In this document: one piece after another, positions 30,956-41,769 of the stretch | Layout: the number at the start of each line of letters is the position of its first letter | How positions within the stretch are numbered: position 1 is the first letter of the stretch | Origin: an uncultured virus (IMG/VR IMGVR_UViG_3300015608_004663) | Taxonomy: Duplodnaviria; Heunggongvirae; Uroviricota; Caudoviricetes | IMG/VR virus record: IMGVR_UViG_3300015608_004663 | Direction: 5' to 3' (one strand) | DNA length: 64,000 bases | Position numbers and translations under genes: made by a program | The notes under the pieces: generated by a model | Databases searched by the model: none | What the model was told of the DNA's origin: nothing | Seen by the model: only the letters and a program-made list of their open reading frames with translations

Positions 30956-33900
30956 TTAATTCAAAAATGCAGAATCAAACTCGCAGCATTTACTTTGATC
31001 CAAGCGCTGCAAATGATACGTTTTATTATGATGTAGACAATGCAGGTGTGATTTCTACGCAGCAATTTCGAGTTGATTGGTCAAACTTTGCTAATCACGT
31101 ATTTTTTGGGTCTGCGACAGCAAATCTAAACATAGCTTACGACAAGATCGTAAATGCGTATCCATATGACGGAACTCGTGATCAGCTGAATGCATTTTTA
31201 GCTTCACTCACAGGGTTTGAGCGATGGCTGCTTGGTCAAGTACCATCATGGGTTGGTCACATTAGCCTGTCATCCAGCTATATTGTTACTGAAGATAGAG
31301 CTGGTGGTGTTTTTGGAGGGAACGCAAATAGCGACGCAAGTGGCGCAGCGCTACTATCACCGCTGTCTGGTTCTCTCAGCGTTGAGATGAGATTGAATCC
31401 TGCATCAAGCGCTTCTCAAATTGTCGCTACTAGCTCTGGTTCAGCAGATAGATGGACAGTGTATATCACGTCATCAGCATCACCCTCATCTTGCTCTGTT
31501 GGATTTGCTGTTGCGACTGCTGCTGCAAAGATGCAAGCAAGCTGTCCTATTCCACTTGGAACGTTTTCACATATCTGCTGCGTATATGATGCAGAAGACA
31601 CGCTAACAAAACTAAGCGTATTTGTTAACGGAGCAAAAAAAGCAGAATCGAGCGGCAGTTTAAAATCTGTTCTAGACACAGCCGGGAACGCAATGCTGAT
31701 TGGTTCTGGCACTGCTTTCACAGCTGGTTTGCTTGGAACGGTCACACCAACAAGAACGTTGACTGGATGCGTTGATGAATTCAGACTTTGGCACTCTGTC
31801 AGAAATCCGAGCACAATATACGCAGAGATGAACAAGCCAATTTACGCACAAGATAACTTGATCTTGTATTACAAGTTCAATGAGCCACCGCCACCGCTAA
31901 TAAGCGGATCTGCTAGCTCTTCTGCAGATGTGATTGTATTAGACAGTTCTGGACACGCGCTGCACGGCGCCGTGATCAATTTTACGTCTGCAGTGCGATC
32001 AACTTCGTCTGCAAATGATGGCATTTTACTTGGAGAGAGATCGCAATATTCGCCAATCCTATTTCCAGAATATCCTGCGTCTGTAGCGTTGCGCTCTGCG
32101 CTACTTGCAAGTGCTTCAATTTATGATAGCGTAAATCCTAATAATATTTTACGTTTAGTACCAAAGCATATTTTGCAGTCTGCAAGAGAGTATGACGGAG
32201 CTCAAACAATTGGCACTCTGCACACATCGTACAGCAGCGCGGGCTTGCCTAGCACAGGTGTAATCGGTTCAACGCAGCTAATTGTGTCTCTGCTGTACAC
32301 AATGGCAAGATTTTTTGATGAACTAAAACTTAGCATAGATCAGTTTAGCGCCATTGATGATGCATTTTACAGCGAAAATGATACAGTTCCAGATCAATTC
32401 ATTGGAGATATGATCGCTAGACGCGGCTTCAACTCTGTGCCATCTTTGTTCTCTGATGCGACACTGTCACAATATGTTGTTGGTGATGATATATCAAATA
32501 GCGCATCAACCCCCGCAAGATCTGTTAGAAATGAACTTTTGCGTCGATTTTTAACAAATGTACCAGACATCATTGTTTCAAAGGGAACTATTCATAGCAT
32601 ACAATCATTGTTAAGATCGTTAGGAGTTGATCCAAACGGATCGATCAAACTTAAAGAACGAACTTCAACAGGATTTGGATTTTTAAAGAATACGTTTCAA
32701 ACGATGAATGATGTTGTCGGCGTTGTGCACGCCAGCGGCGCTATGTACGCGCAATCTGCATATCTTAGCGGTTCTAGATTTGAAGTTGGATGGCCAACAC
32801 CTGCTGGAACGTTTGTTAACAAAAATTCTTTTCCTCCGCACGGAGTGTCAAACAATGCAAACGATGGTTTGTACACGTCTGGATCGTGGACTCTTGGTAT
32901 TACTGCGTGCTGGCCATCTGGATCTTTGTTTGTTACGCAAAGTTTAGCAAGATTGATGACAACTGGTTCAGCTGGTAGATGCTGCATCGTGAACATCACT
33001 GCTGTTAAAGATAGCAGTGATCAAAAAGCTGGGAAGATTGTTTTATATGCGTGTCCTTCTTCTATCAGCGGCAGTGAAATTGTAACGCTATCAACTCAAA
33101 CAGTAGACTTATTTGATGGTTCGCATTGGCGAGCTGAAGTTTCTTATGCACGTGAAGATCAAGCTACGAACAATGCATCATCAGCTTCATATTCTTTGTC
33201 TGTTGGTTCAGTTGATGCGCTGTTTGTAACGCAATCATATGCACAAAAAAATCAAAACAGTGTTTACACAACAAAAACATCAGCGCACAATGCATCCGGC
33301 GCTTTTGTTGAGTTTGGTTCTCTAAACATTCCAACAATATCTGGATTCTTAAATGATTCAAGCGCTCCATCAGATGGGCGAGTCACAGATGTGAACGCAT
33401 TTGTTGGGCAGATACAATTCTGGTCAAAAAGTTCTTCTGTTGAAGAGTTGAGCGCAAGAGCGAATGCGTTCACGTCCATTGCATCAATAAATCCTGCGCA
33501 AAATGCTGACGGAGCATCTGTGTCACGCAGTGGCTCATTTGAGCGATTGCGGTTAGACGTGGCATCACGCTTGAATTCATCTGAGCGAGTAACTGATGCA
33601 TCAGGATCTTTGACGCTTCTTGATTCAACTAGATTTTTGCGACATGTCAACATTGTTAACGCAGTCACGTCATCAGATATTGGAAGACCTGTAATGATTG
33701 CGCAAAAGCGCATAAGCACATCGTATGATGAAGCAGTGTCTTCTGATAAAATTCGTGTCGCAAATTACATAACAGATGCTCAAAGTGATTTGTTAGACAC
33801 GAATCGAGAGACGCAATTCTCAATAGAGCTGTCGTTAATTGATGCACTTAGCAAAGCAATGCTAGACATGTTTGCAACAACAGATTCAATTGCATCAGCG

Positions 33901-34227
33901 ATGAGCGCTGAAACTCAGCTGTCGCCTGACTATCCAAATCTTGCTGTTTTAACAGATACATTCTTTGATAGAATACGTTCAAAGCTTGATTTCAAATCAT
34001 ATTTTGATGCACATCGCTGGCTTGAATCTCTTGTGGGAACATTATCATCGCAATTGATTCCGCATCATGCTACGTTTAAAGGAGCGTCATTTGTAATTGA
34101 ACCGCACGCTCTTGAGCGAAGCAAAATTGAATATCGCGCTGGCGATCGGTATTTAAGCATTGCACCGCCACAATTGCGACGCGATAGCATTTATTTGCAA
34201 CAAATTGTTGGCAAAGTGAGCAGATAA
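30952..34227 (+). CDS. Large baseplate/tail protein with LamG (concanavalin-like) domain
   Basis: FSHICCVYD...VFVNG...IG...GCVDEFRLW...LYYKFNE; SKGTIHSIQSLLRSLG (wedge gp7/P2 gpI-like); IEPHALERSK. Confidence 0.8.
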   Translation: MINSKMQNQTRSIYFDPSAANDTFYYDVDNAGVISTQQFRVDWSNFANHVFFGSATANLNIAYDKIVNAYPYDGTRDQLNAFLASLTGFERWLLGQVPSWVGHISLSSSYIVTEDRAGGVFGGNANSDASGAALLSPLSGSLSVEMRLNPASSASQIVATSSGSADRWTVYITSSASPSSCSVGFAVATAAAKMQASCPIPLGTFSHICCVYDAEDTLTKLSVFVNGAKKAESSGSLKSVLDTAGNAMLIGSGTAFTAGLLGTVTPTRTLTGCVDEFRLWHSVRNPSTIYAEMNKPIYAQDNLILYYKFNEPPPPLISGSASSSADVIVLDSSGHALHGAVINFTSAVRSTSSANDGILLGERSQYSPILFPEYPASVALRSALLASASIYDSVNPNNILRLVPKHILQSAREYDGAQTIGTLHTSYSSAGLPSTGVIGSTQLIVSLLYTMARFFDELKLSIDQFSAIDDAFYSENDTVPDQFIGDMIARRGFNSVPSLFSDATLSQYVVGDDISNSASTPARSVRNELLRRFLTNVPDIIVSKGTIHSIQSLLRSLGVDPNGSIKLKERTSTGFGFLKNTFQTMNDVVGVVHASGAMYAQSAYLSGSRFEVGWPTPAGTFVNKNSFPPHGVSNNANDGLYTSGSWTLGITACWPSGSLFVTQSLARLMTTGSAGRCCIVNITAVKDSSDQKAGKIVLYACPSSISGSEIVTLSTQTVDLFDGSHWRAEVSYAREDQATNNASSASYSLSVGSVDALFVTQSYAQKNQNSVYTTKTSAHNASGAFVEFGSLNIPTISGFLNDSSAPSDGRVTDVNAFVGQIQFWSKSSSVEELSARANAFTSIASINPAQNADGASVSRSGSFERLRLDVASRLNSSERVTDASGSLTLLDSTRFLRHVNIVNAVTSSDIGRPVMIAQKRISTSYDEAVSSDKIRVANYITDAQSDLLDTNRETQFSIELSLIDALSKAMLDMFATTDSIASAMSAETQLSPDYPNLAVLTDTFFDRIRSKLDFKSYFDAHRWLESLVGTLSSQLIPHHATFKGASFVIEPHALERSKIEYRAGDRYLSIAPPQLRRDSIYLQQIVGKVSR

Positions 34228-35030
34228 TGAAAGTACAAAATTTCTTTATGCAAGAAAATTCAGCATCACTGTTTAACGATGCTGACAGAGATCTGATTGA
34301 TGCAATCGAGTACACTAGCACAACAGAAATAGACGCCTTTAGACAGGGCGTTGAAATACGCTCACACAAGCAATACATTGCTGGTTCAGTTAAAATTTTA
34401 TCTGGTGAGCGTGGTCACACGCTCACGCCGCAACCATTTGGTCAAGCTACTAATGACAATGCTGTTAAATTTGAAAAATGGACTGATAAAGCAGCATTTT
34501 ATCCTCTTGAATTTATTATTAATGGTGCGCGAGATTCATTTTCAATAAATGATAATCTTAATGATGCTACGATTTATGATGGTGTCATTAAATTCAATTC
34601 AATCATTTATGATAGCATTGCTGCGCAAAGAGAGCTTAAGCTTATTGGTACGCTAGTTGATGGAAATACATCACAAGTAAATGGTGGAACAACACAGATC
34701 GCTACTGTCAGCGCAACAGACAATCAAAATGCAGGCTCTGCATTTAATGATGCAGTTGATCGAGAAGCAACATCTGCGTCAACTATTGAAATCGCAACAG
34801 TGTCTCCGTACTTAGACAGTGATAATGTTTGTTACAATGTTTTCAATAAAGAATTTTGGCCAAATCAAGCGCCATCAGGAATTGATATATCTGTTGTAGA
34901 TCTTATCATTCGTTCAAATGCGCGCCAAGATTCATATGTTCAATCTTGGCAAGCAAGCGCGACAGCAGGATTTCAGTTTAATTCTAATCTTGGCACAGAT
35001 TCGATCGCGTTTGGTGATATGCAATATTAG
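34227..35030 (+). CDS. Hypothetical structural protein
   Basis: 267-aa ORF in the operon; ends GTDSIAFGD. Confidence 0.7.
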   Translation: MKVQNFFMQENSASLFNDADRDLIDAIEYTSTTEIDAFRQGVEIRSHKQYIAGSVKILSGERGHTLTPQPFGQATNDNAVKFEKWTDKAAFYPLEFIINGARDSFSINDNLNDATIYDGVIKFNSIIYDSIAAQRELKLIGTLVDGNTSQVNGGTTQIATVSATDNQNAGSAFNDAVDREATSASTIEIATVSPYLDSDNVCYNVFNKEFWPNQAPSGIDISVVDLIIRSNARQDSYVQSWQASATAGFQFNSNLGTDSIAFGDMQY

Positions 35031-35040
35031 GTGATTTCAA

Positions 35041-38000
35041 ATGTATGAAAATTTCTCTCTCATTAGAGATGAATCATCAGTACGATCTGGTTTGCTTGAG
35101 ATTCCGTTCAGCAAATTTGTCAGAATAATTTCTGGAAATGTTACGAGCAGCTCTCCAGGCGTGGCTGCTATGATCAATTTAGGGATCGAGTTTCCGGGCG
35201 AAAATGGATTGCAATATTCTCGCGCTGCTGTCAATCACGCTGGTGCTTTGGTGCTGCTTGATCCATCAGATCCATCAACTACGGCAACTGATGCTTTCGC
35301 TGCGGTTTGCACAAATCTATCAAATAATGCTTCTATTAGAAGTTCATTTTCAAGCGCTAGCTTGCTGCTGTGTCCGTGGTGGGATCCGCAGCAAAGCACA
35401 GTCGCATCAGACGTTTTTGAATTAGCGCAATCATATTCAAATCCACTGATTTTTAGACTTGTGACATATAGCGCTTGGAGACCAGAAGATTTTAGCGCTG
35501 GTGCTTATCGACTTGATTCATCTGGTGGAGTTCTGTACGCTAATCTTGTCACAACTGATCGCGGTAGGTGCTCTGTTGTTCGATGGTGCACAAGAGAAAC
35601 AAGCCATGACACAGCTCGCGTTCTGCGATATGAAGCTGCGCTATATGAGAATGGCGTGATTGAATTTAGATACAGCACACCTGCGCAGGTGCAGCCAGCA
35701 TCAGTGCTGCCTGCTACTGGATCTGCTGTTGTTGGCGTTTTCTTTCCAAGCGGATCAAACAGATTCAGAGACATGTCTGTGATAGACGGACGAGGCATGT
35801 ATGAGCTTGGAGGATTTGTTTACACTGCAAGCTATTCTAACAACGGTGCACCATACTGCTTATCAAACAATGGTCACGATGGTTGGCCGGGTGGAATCAC
35901 TGGAAGAGCTACGTACTCATTCATTCCTCAAACTAATTTAAGAAAGATCTTACCCAGAGTTGATATTAAGCGAAATTCAAACGCATCATTTAGTTCTGTT
36001 TACAATGATCGCAGAACAATTCTAGCTACTACTGGTTCTCTTGATGCGCCTATTGGCATGTCATTTTTAGATGTGCAGGGTGATGGATCGCAGATTCATG
36101 ATTTGTTTCGAAAACAAACACACTGCATCAGATCGCGATCAATGAACGATTTGGATTTTTTCTCATTGCCGACAAAAGCAATAGCGCCATATTGCGATAA
36201 TGACATTGACGATAGCAGTTTATCATATGCTTCTGCTTCATCGATAAACGTAGCAGTTCCTAATAACACAGTTCGCTTATCATCACGACACTCAGTTAAA
36301 TTATCGTTTAAAATTTCTCGAGAAGCAAAATTTTTACCAAATATTGCAACTGGTCTTGTGTTTGATCCTGACAGCGAATCATTTGTGCTTGCTGGTACAG
36401 ATAGACTCATTATTGCAAACACTGAAGCTCGACGCGCAGCAGAAGATAGCTTTGGATTTAACGCTGTTGGACATTACGTTGCATCAGGCACGTACTCCGT
36501 TTCATCACAATCTCAATCAACTCTGTCTCCTGGATTGTATGATCAAAGCAACAATTTGTCAAGAGCAGATATGCTATCTGCGTTTTACAATGCATCAATC
36601 ACTCTTAGTGATGGTGCTATTTCATTCAAGGGCTTTAACACAAGAATTGTCTATTCTCCAATCAGAACAAAGATAAAATATCCTTTTGCAGTTGAAGCGA
36701 TTGAGCTTGAGCTACCAATAAAAGCTAACAATGCATGGTTTCAAGATCTTACAACTGTAAAAGCGAATTTTCCAAATGAAACATATTCAGGATGGAATCT
36801 TGGTGGACCGGGTATAACTTGCATCGTGCTAGTTGATAGAGGCTCGTCTCTAAAGCGATTCAGAGAAATTATTGCAACTGGCTCAATCACTCACATAACT
36901 GATTATCAGACGGTATCAAGTTCAATTACAGCGCTCAGTCTTTATTCTGCACTCGTGAATCCTGTGGGATTCAAAACCTGTGGTGGCGATCCTGCTGCTG
37001 TTGTTAATGCTGTTAGCGGTCCATACACAGGGAGCGTAAAATTATTCATGCCTGTGTCTACAGCGATCGGTAGCTACATGGCGCTGACGGGCACTGCTCC
37101 AACAAGCACGTTTTTGAACACGCTTCCGCTAGAGCAAACTCTACCAAAGAGCGATCTTGCGTATGGTTGGCTAAACGCAATTCCAGTGCATCTTACACCG
37201 TTTGGTCGCTCGCGTGATGGTGTTTCAGTTTCAGCTAGATCGTTCAATGCTAGAGAAGCTGGAGCTAGCAGTGATATAAAGCAGCGATTTTATTTAACTG
37301 GTTCTGCTTTGTCTGCGTTGTCATCGTCACTGAACGGCTACACATCTGTCACGTACGTTGGTTCTGGATTTGACGTATCATCAGCACCGTCACCTTACAT
37401 TTTGCTGCCAAATGATAGCATCAGAATCATGATCGCAAAATCAAGATCTGCATGGACTGGTAGCGGTATAAACGATGTTAGCTTTAGCAACGGATTAGAC
37501 ACACAAGCAGAACCGATATTTGGTATTGCGCTCGGTGAAATGCGATTAAATCTAATCGGTCGATACGTCAAGCAGGGTGAATTAACAGAAATTCATGAAA
37601 GCGAGCAAGATGCACATAGCGTTATTGGCGACGATCCAGTTGTAGATCAATTAGAATTTTACACACTTGGTGAGCGCTACGGTACGTACGTAGATGATTA
37701 CATTACTGGATCGTACATAGTTCAAACTCCAACTGGTTTCAGCAACAATGGGATTCGTGGCAGAGTCTTCAGCGTTGCTAATGCATCTAGTTCAGCGCAG
37801 TATGATACTTCATTATACTCTATTGCGAAAACGCCACCATCATGGCTAGCTGGCTCTACTCACATCAATTTTGCTGTGTGTGAAGATGAGCGATACTATG
37901 ATTCTATGCTACCACCGATTGACGATATCGCAAGAAAAAACGGCGCTGCAGTTTTGTATCAAGGCTCAAGCTATTACGTAGTTAATAGACCGACAGCTGT

Positions 38001-38805
38001 TATTTTTTATGATGTTCCAAGTCAGCACACAGCGTCAATTTCTGCGTACTCAGACAATGTTTGGTCGCGCGCATTTCCATTTGAGCCGCGATACTCTTCA
38101 TTGCAGCGTCGCACAGACATGACAAAATTTTACAATTGTGATCTTCGATTAGTCAATGGAACAGTTGTTGCAATTGGATCACTAACGAACGATGGCGTCG
38201 CGAACAATCTAGTTGTTGTGAGAATGCAAGTCAAGCAGGGAATAACTGCAGCAATGTCTCCGCGGCCGCCAAACGAATATTTCTTCTATCCACTAGATGC
38301 TGTGGGAAATAATCCACCAAAAGTAATCACAGGACCAGTCACAAACACGTTTCAAACAAAGAACGATTTAATCAAAACACTGTATGGTATTGGTGATCTA
38401 AACGCAGTCTTAATCACTGGTTCATCTGGTCCGATGGGCTCAACAAACGCACCAGATTACGCAAGCTACAGTTTTGATCCACCGTCATCAAGAGAATATT
38501 CGTTTGGAACTAAACCGATCATCAGAGGATGGAAGTATGGTTTAGTGAATGGCGTGCGAACTACGACAAAAGCTATTTGGCGCAGAGATCACTACGGTCA
38601 GTTTAGAGACATGCTTGAACAGAGAATTAACACCAAGTTTGCGAACGACGCTGAAGGCTCTGTTTCTGAAGCTGCTGTAAGAGTATCTTTTCTTGATGCT
38701 TACACAAGAGACGTTGTAAACGCTTCAGATACAGATTCATCCAACCTTAGCTATGAGGTAACTTCCTCACTCCCGTATTTCGACGGGGATATCCGCAATC
38801 GATGA
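35041..38805 (+). CDS. Large Ser/Gly/Thr-rich virion protein
   Basis: 1254 aa; C-terminal RGWKYG...RRDHYGQFRDMLEQR...SSLPYFDG; last gene of the structural operon. Confidence 0.75.
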   Translation: MYENFSLIRDESSVRSGLLEIPFSKFVRIISGNVTSSSPGVAAMINLGIEFPGENGLQYSRAAVNHAGALVLLDPSDPSTTATDAFAAVCTNLSNNASIRSSFSSASLLLCPWWDPQQSTVASDVFELAQSYSNPLIFRLVTYSAWRPEDFSAGAYRLDSSGGVLYANLVTTDRGRCSVVRWCTRETSHDTARVLRYEAALYENGVIEFRYSTPAQVQPASVLPATGSAVVGVFFPSGSNRFRDMSVIDGRGMYELGGFVYTASYSNNGAPYCLSNNGHDGWPGGITGRATYSFIPQTNLRKILPRVDIKRNSNASFSSVYNDRRTILATTGSLDAPIGMSFLDVQGDGSQIHDLFRKQTHCIRSRSMNDLDFFSLPTKAIAPYCDNDIDDSSLSYASASSINVAVPNNTVRLSSRHSVKLSFKISREAKFLPNIATGLVFDPDSESFVLAGTDRLIIANTEARRAAEDSFGFNAVGHYVASGTYSVSSQSQSTLSPGLYDQSNNLSRADMLSAFYNASITLSDGAISFKGFNTRIVYSPIRTKIKYPFAVEAIELELPIKANNAWFQDLTTVKANFPNETYSGWNLGGPGITCIVLVDRGSSLKRFREIIATGSITHITDYQTVSSSITALSLYSALVNPVGFKTCGGDPAAVVNAVSGPYTGSVKLFMPVSTAIGSYMALTGTAPTSTFLNTLPLEQTLPKSDLAYGWLNAIPVHLTPFGRSRDGVSVSARSFNAREAGASSDIKQRFYLTGSALSALSSSLNGYTSVTYVGSGFDVSSAPSPYILLPNDSIRIMIAKSRSAWTGSGINDVSFSNGLDTQAEPIFGIALGEMRLNLIGRYVKQGELTEIHESEQDAHSVIGDDPVVDQLEFYTLGERYGTYVDDYITGSYIVQTPTGFSNNGIRGRVFSVANASSSAQYDTSLYSIAKTPPSWLAGSTHINFAVCEDERYYDSMLPPIDDIARKNGAAVLYQGSSYYVVNRPTAVIFYDVPSQHTASISAYSDNVWSRAFPFEPRYSSLQRRTDMTKFYNCDLRLVNGTVVAIGSLTNDGVANNLVVVRMQVKQGITAAMSPRPPNEYFFYPLDAVGNNPPKVITGPVTNTFQTKNDLIKTLYGIGDLNAVLITGSSGPMGSTNAPDYASYSFDPPSSREYSFGTKPIIRGWKYGLVNGVRTTTKAIWRRDHYGQFRDMLEQRINTKFANDAEGSVSEAAVRVSFLDAYTRDVVNASDTDSSNLSYEVTSSLPYFDGDIRNR

Positions 38806-39235
38806 TGTTAAGCGTTCCAAATTGATTCGGACCGATCGTGTAAATCACGCGCTTGATCCCGTAATTGGTGATAGCGCGCATGCAAGTTTTGCACGGCATA
38901 GCTAGCGCTATCTGTCCACGAGACTGCGTGATCTTGTTATCTTTTGTGATTCTTGCTACAAACATCTTGCAGCCACGCAGATCCGTTTTCTGACGAGCTC
39001 TGAAGATCGCGCCAACTTCAGCGTGAATGCTGAAGCAATCAGGATTATCAGTCATGATTGATGTGTACGCATTCATCTTTGGAACGTTGCTTGACCATGA
39101 GATGATTGAGCCGCCTTTCACTATCACAGCAACAAGGTGCGCAGTAAGTTTATCACAAGTTGTTGTGACTCGCTTCACAGCGCTCACGAGATGCGGCGGA
39201 AAGTCATTGCACTGCTCAGATATGATATCCACCAA
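38747..39235 (-). CDS. Cytidine/dCMP deaminase-family protein
   Basis: HAEVGAI...PCKTC zinc-binding signature. Confidence 0.9.
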   Translation of the reverse strand: MVDIISEQCNDFPPHLVSAVKRVTTTCDKLTAHLVAVIVKGGSIISWSSNVPKMNAYTSIMTDNPDCFSIHAEVGAIFRARQKTDLRGCKMFVARITKDNKITQSRGQIALAMPCKTCMRAITNYGIKRVIYTIGPNQFGTLNIIDCGYPRRNTGVRKLPHS

Positions 39236-40403
39236 CAGCCTCCAAAACGGTGTTCATAAAGCGCTTGGACACACACGGTGCAGTGATTCTGCCTCGCAGC
39301 CAAAGCATAACTGACACGTTGCGATCTATGATCGCGAAAGCACCAGAAGCAAGCAGTTTATTTTTCAGCAAAGATATTTCTCTCGCCATAACTTTGCGAT
39401 CTTTCGCGAGCTCTCTGATGCGCTTCAATTCTTCTTCAGAAGAAGAGCACCAGCTTTTGATTCTGCTTTGCAGATCTAGCACAGCCGCTCTCACTGAATC
39501 TGTCAGAAACGCGCTAGCGACGACGTCATCAAATGTATCACTCATCACAACTGAGAGCGCAGTGCGCGGTGAGCGATCGAGAAGCTGCTGCGCCGAGTTT
39601 GCTACGCAGAAACGTGGACACTTGACTTTTACGCGATTGAAAGTATCACCGTTGATCTCAACAACTACAAAACCTTCACAGTCACTCGGATCAGCGTCTT
39701 TAATTGATTCAGCTAGAGACTCTAGAGAAACAAGTGTTTTATCTGTGTAAGCGTGCTTCACATCAAGCGCTTGCGCTACTGATCTTGGATCAGATTCTGA
39801 TCCTGTCAAAGTATCAATCACACCAAGCAACACAAGTTCATCTGCTTGATGATTCACAACGTGACGATTCTTGGGTCCAATCAATTCGAACACATGCGTT
39901 TTTGTAACATCTAAAATAGATGTGTCTTTATCTTGCCACAGTCTCCAGAACATCTGAGCGTACGTTTTTCCATCACGGTGCTCAACGTCTGCATCTGGTA
40001 CAGATCTAGTTGCAATGTGCCAAACATCATTAAAATGATACATGATTATCATTGTACCATCATACTTTGTTTGAATGATCGCGCGACTAAGATCAGTTAT
40101 CTTCGCTCCGTTTTGACCATGATTGAAGAATCGCTTAAATGGTCTTGCCACGATTCGCGGATCGCAGATCACATCATTTTCATTGATCTGTGAATCAGAT
40201 GCAATCACAATGCCTCGACAGAGTGATGCAATATCATCGCAGGGATCTGCTTCTGCTTGATCGTATGATAGTGAAACTCTGAGCTTATCACAAGACACTC
40301 TTGCATAGATACCTCGTGATTGCAGATTGATCAGCGGCTGAGATCGCACTAAATCTAGTAAACTTGCTGCAGTTTTGTCATGCATGTGATCCACACAGTC
40401 CAT
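39216..40403 (-). CDS. RNA ligase, T4 Rnl1/RnlA-like
   Basis: CRG, PFKRFFN, KYDGT (motif I), FEL, EGFVV, RVKVK. Confidence 0.9.
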   Translation of the reverse strand: MDCVDHMHDKTAASLLDLVRSQPLINLQSRGIYARVSCDKLRVSLSYDQAEADPCDDIASLCRGIVIASDSQINENDVICDPRIVARPFKRFFNHGQNGAKITDLSRAIIQTKYDGTMIIMYHFNDVWHIATRSVPDADVEHRDGKTYAQMFWRLWQDKDTSILDVTKTHVFELIGPKNRHVVNHQADELVLLGVIDTLTGSESDPRSVAQALDVKHAYTDKTLVSLESLAESIKDADPSDCEGFVVVEINGDTFNRVKVKCPRFCVANSAQQLLDRSPRTALSVVMSDTFDDVVASAFLTDSVRAAVLDLQSRIKSWCSSSEEELKRIRELAKDRKVMAREISLLKNKLLASGAFAIIDRNVSVMLWLRGRITAPCVSKRFMNTVLEAVGGYHI

Positions 40404-40576
40404 CCAAACTTTCCGTTTGCTAGCAACAACGCTACGCGATCTTGCTCAAGAGCGATCACGATCGCAAGAAAATGATCTTTGTAAACAGATTTATGTCCGT
40501 TAAAATTGACATCATCTGATAAGCAAAAATCTTTTACTGTGACGATGCACGCACCTGGATGCAGTGCTTGATACAT
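40355..40576 (-). CDS. Small PG-motif (SH3/KOW-like) hypothetical protein
   Basis: MYQALHPGACIV...FLAIVIAL...VALLL. Confidence 0.55.
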   Translation of the reverse strand: MYQALHPGACIVTVKDFCLSDDVNFNGHKSVYKDHFLAIVIALEQDRVALLLANGKFGWTVWITCMTKLQQVY

Positions 40577-40608
40577 ACTAAACTCTGCTTAAGATTAAGT
40601 GCACAAAA

Positions 40609-41013
40609 TCATTTTAGAGTGTTTGGGATCTTCAGCTTGAGATTTTTCCCAGTGCGCTTGTAATTCGTTCCGGCGCAGCGCTGGTGATATTCGTCATACA
40701 GACCGACATTTCCATCGTCTTTGATCCACTGGATCTTGAACGTAGCTGTGTACAACCAGAATCCACTGTCTGTTGACAGCTCTACGAGAACTGTGTCTCC
40801 GGGTTTAAGCAGAAAAACTCCTGATGGAGTGACTGCATCGCGAAGATGATCGATGCTAAATTTCTGTCGCTCTTTTTTGGGTTTAAAAAGCTCTTGAATC
40901 TGCTCTTGCTCTGTCAAAACATTTTCTTCTAAAGAAGACATCTTATTCCTTGCAGAGTTGTTCACAGTTGCTAATGAAATACTTGCAGAGCGCGCCTGTG
41001 CGAGATTTTTCAA
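40609..41013 (-). CDS. Hypothetical protein with KOW/SH3-like segment (start probably the internal MSSLEE)
   Basis: LKPGDTVLVE motif. Confidence 0.6.
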   Translation of the reverse strand: MKNLAQARSASISLATVNNSARNKMSSLEENVLTEQEQIQELFKPKKERQKFSIDHLRDAVTPSGVFLLKPGDTVLVELSTDSGFWLYTATFKIQWIKDDGNVGLYDEYHQRCAGTNYKRTGKNLKLKIPNTLK

Positions 41014-41257
41014 TGCAGTTTAAGCACTCTTCTCGCGAACTCTCTCTACCGCATTCACTAGATGCCATCGTGCAATTGTAAACAACGCACATGAGCACGA
41101 TGTTTGCGCAATTTTGTGAAACATCGCTTGCAGAAGCATCAAGCTTATCAGCCATATCATGATTTGCGTGAGCGTCAACTCTTTGAGAGTGCTCAGAGTT
41201 GTACCCAGTGCAGCCAAACCACAGCGCGAAAACAATACCAAATAAATTACGCATCAA
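40943..41257 (-). CDS. Cys-rich putative lipoprotein
   Basis: Signal-like N-terminus ending LWFGC; several further Cys. Confidence 0.55.
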   Translation of the reverse strand: MMRNLFGIVFALWFGCTGYNSEHSQRVDAHANHDMADKLDASASDVSQNCANIVLMCVVYNCTMASSECGRESSREECLNCIEKSRTGALCKYFISNCEQLCKE

Positions 41258-41769
41258 CCCTCTAGATTTTGTTTGACGTATTCATACAAAGCGATGTGTG
41301 CAGCCATCGCAGTATTCAAGCAGAACCCGACGCCCGGCATCGGAATGTAAATAAGATCGTCTGCAGCATTACATATACCTTCAGGTACGCCTGAAGTTTC
41401 GTGTCCAACAATGATGACAGTGTCGCACATCATGTCAAATTTGTAATTGCAGATCGATTTTGCATTTTCGCGCAGCTCGACTGCTATCAGCTTTGAATCT
41501 TTGACGCTGTTCAAAAAATCATTCGGCGTTTTGTGCTGAATGATCTCTACATAATCTGATGTTGAGCCGCTTCGACTGCGCAGTTCATGGCGCGGCGGCA
41601 CATGACCAATTACGTGAACAGATTTCGCTCCAAAGCACGCAGCGGATCTGACAATCACGCCAACGTTAATGTCCAGCTGAAATTCAACTGATGCGATGCT
41701 ACACCGAAGTTTTTCTGCTTTGTTGCTTTTGTGATTGTAGCGCTGAATTCTTGTTTCAGATCGAGTCAT
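41254..41769 (-). CDS. SpoU/TrmH-family RNA 2'-O-methyltransferase
   Basis: NVGVIVRSAACFG, VGHETSGVP, IPMPG...CLNTAMA. Confidence 0.92.
   Translation of the reverse strand: MTRSETRIQRYNHKSNKAEKLRCSIASVEFQLDINVGVIVRSAACFGAKSVHVIGHVPPRHELRSRSGSTSDYVEIIQHKTPNDFLNSVKDSKLIAVELRENAKSICNYKFDMMCDTVIIVGHETSGVPEGICNAADDLIYIPMPGVGFCLNTAMAAHIALYEYVKQNLEG

Noticed and set aside
377..38000. Many 60-200 aa ORFs antisense to or nested in long genes (e.g. 3112-3480, 6221-6820, 26569-27045, 28350-28874)
   Set aside because: They are fully overlapped by longer, motif-bearing or operon-fitting genes and show no independent motifs.
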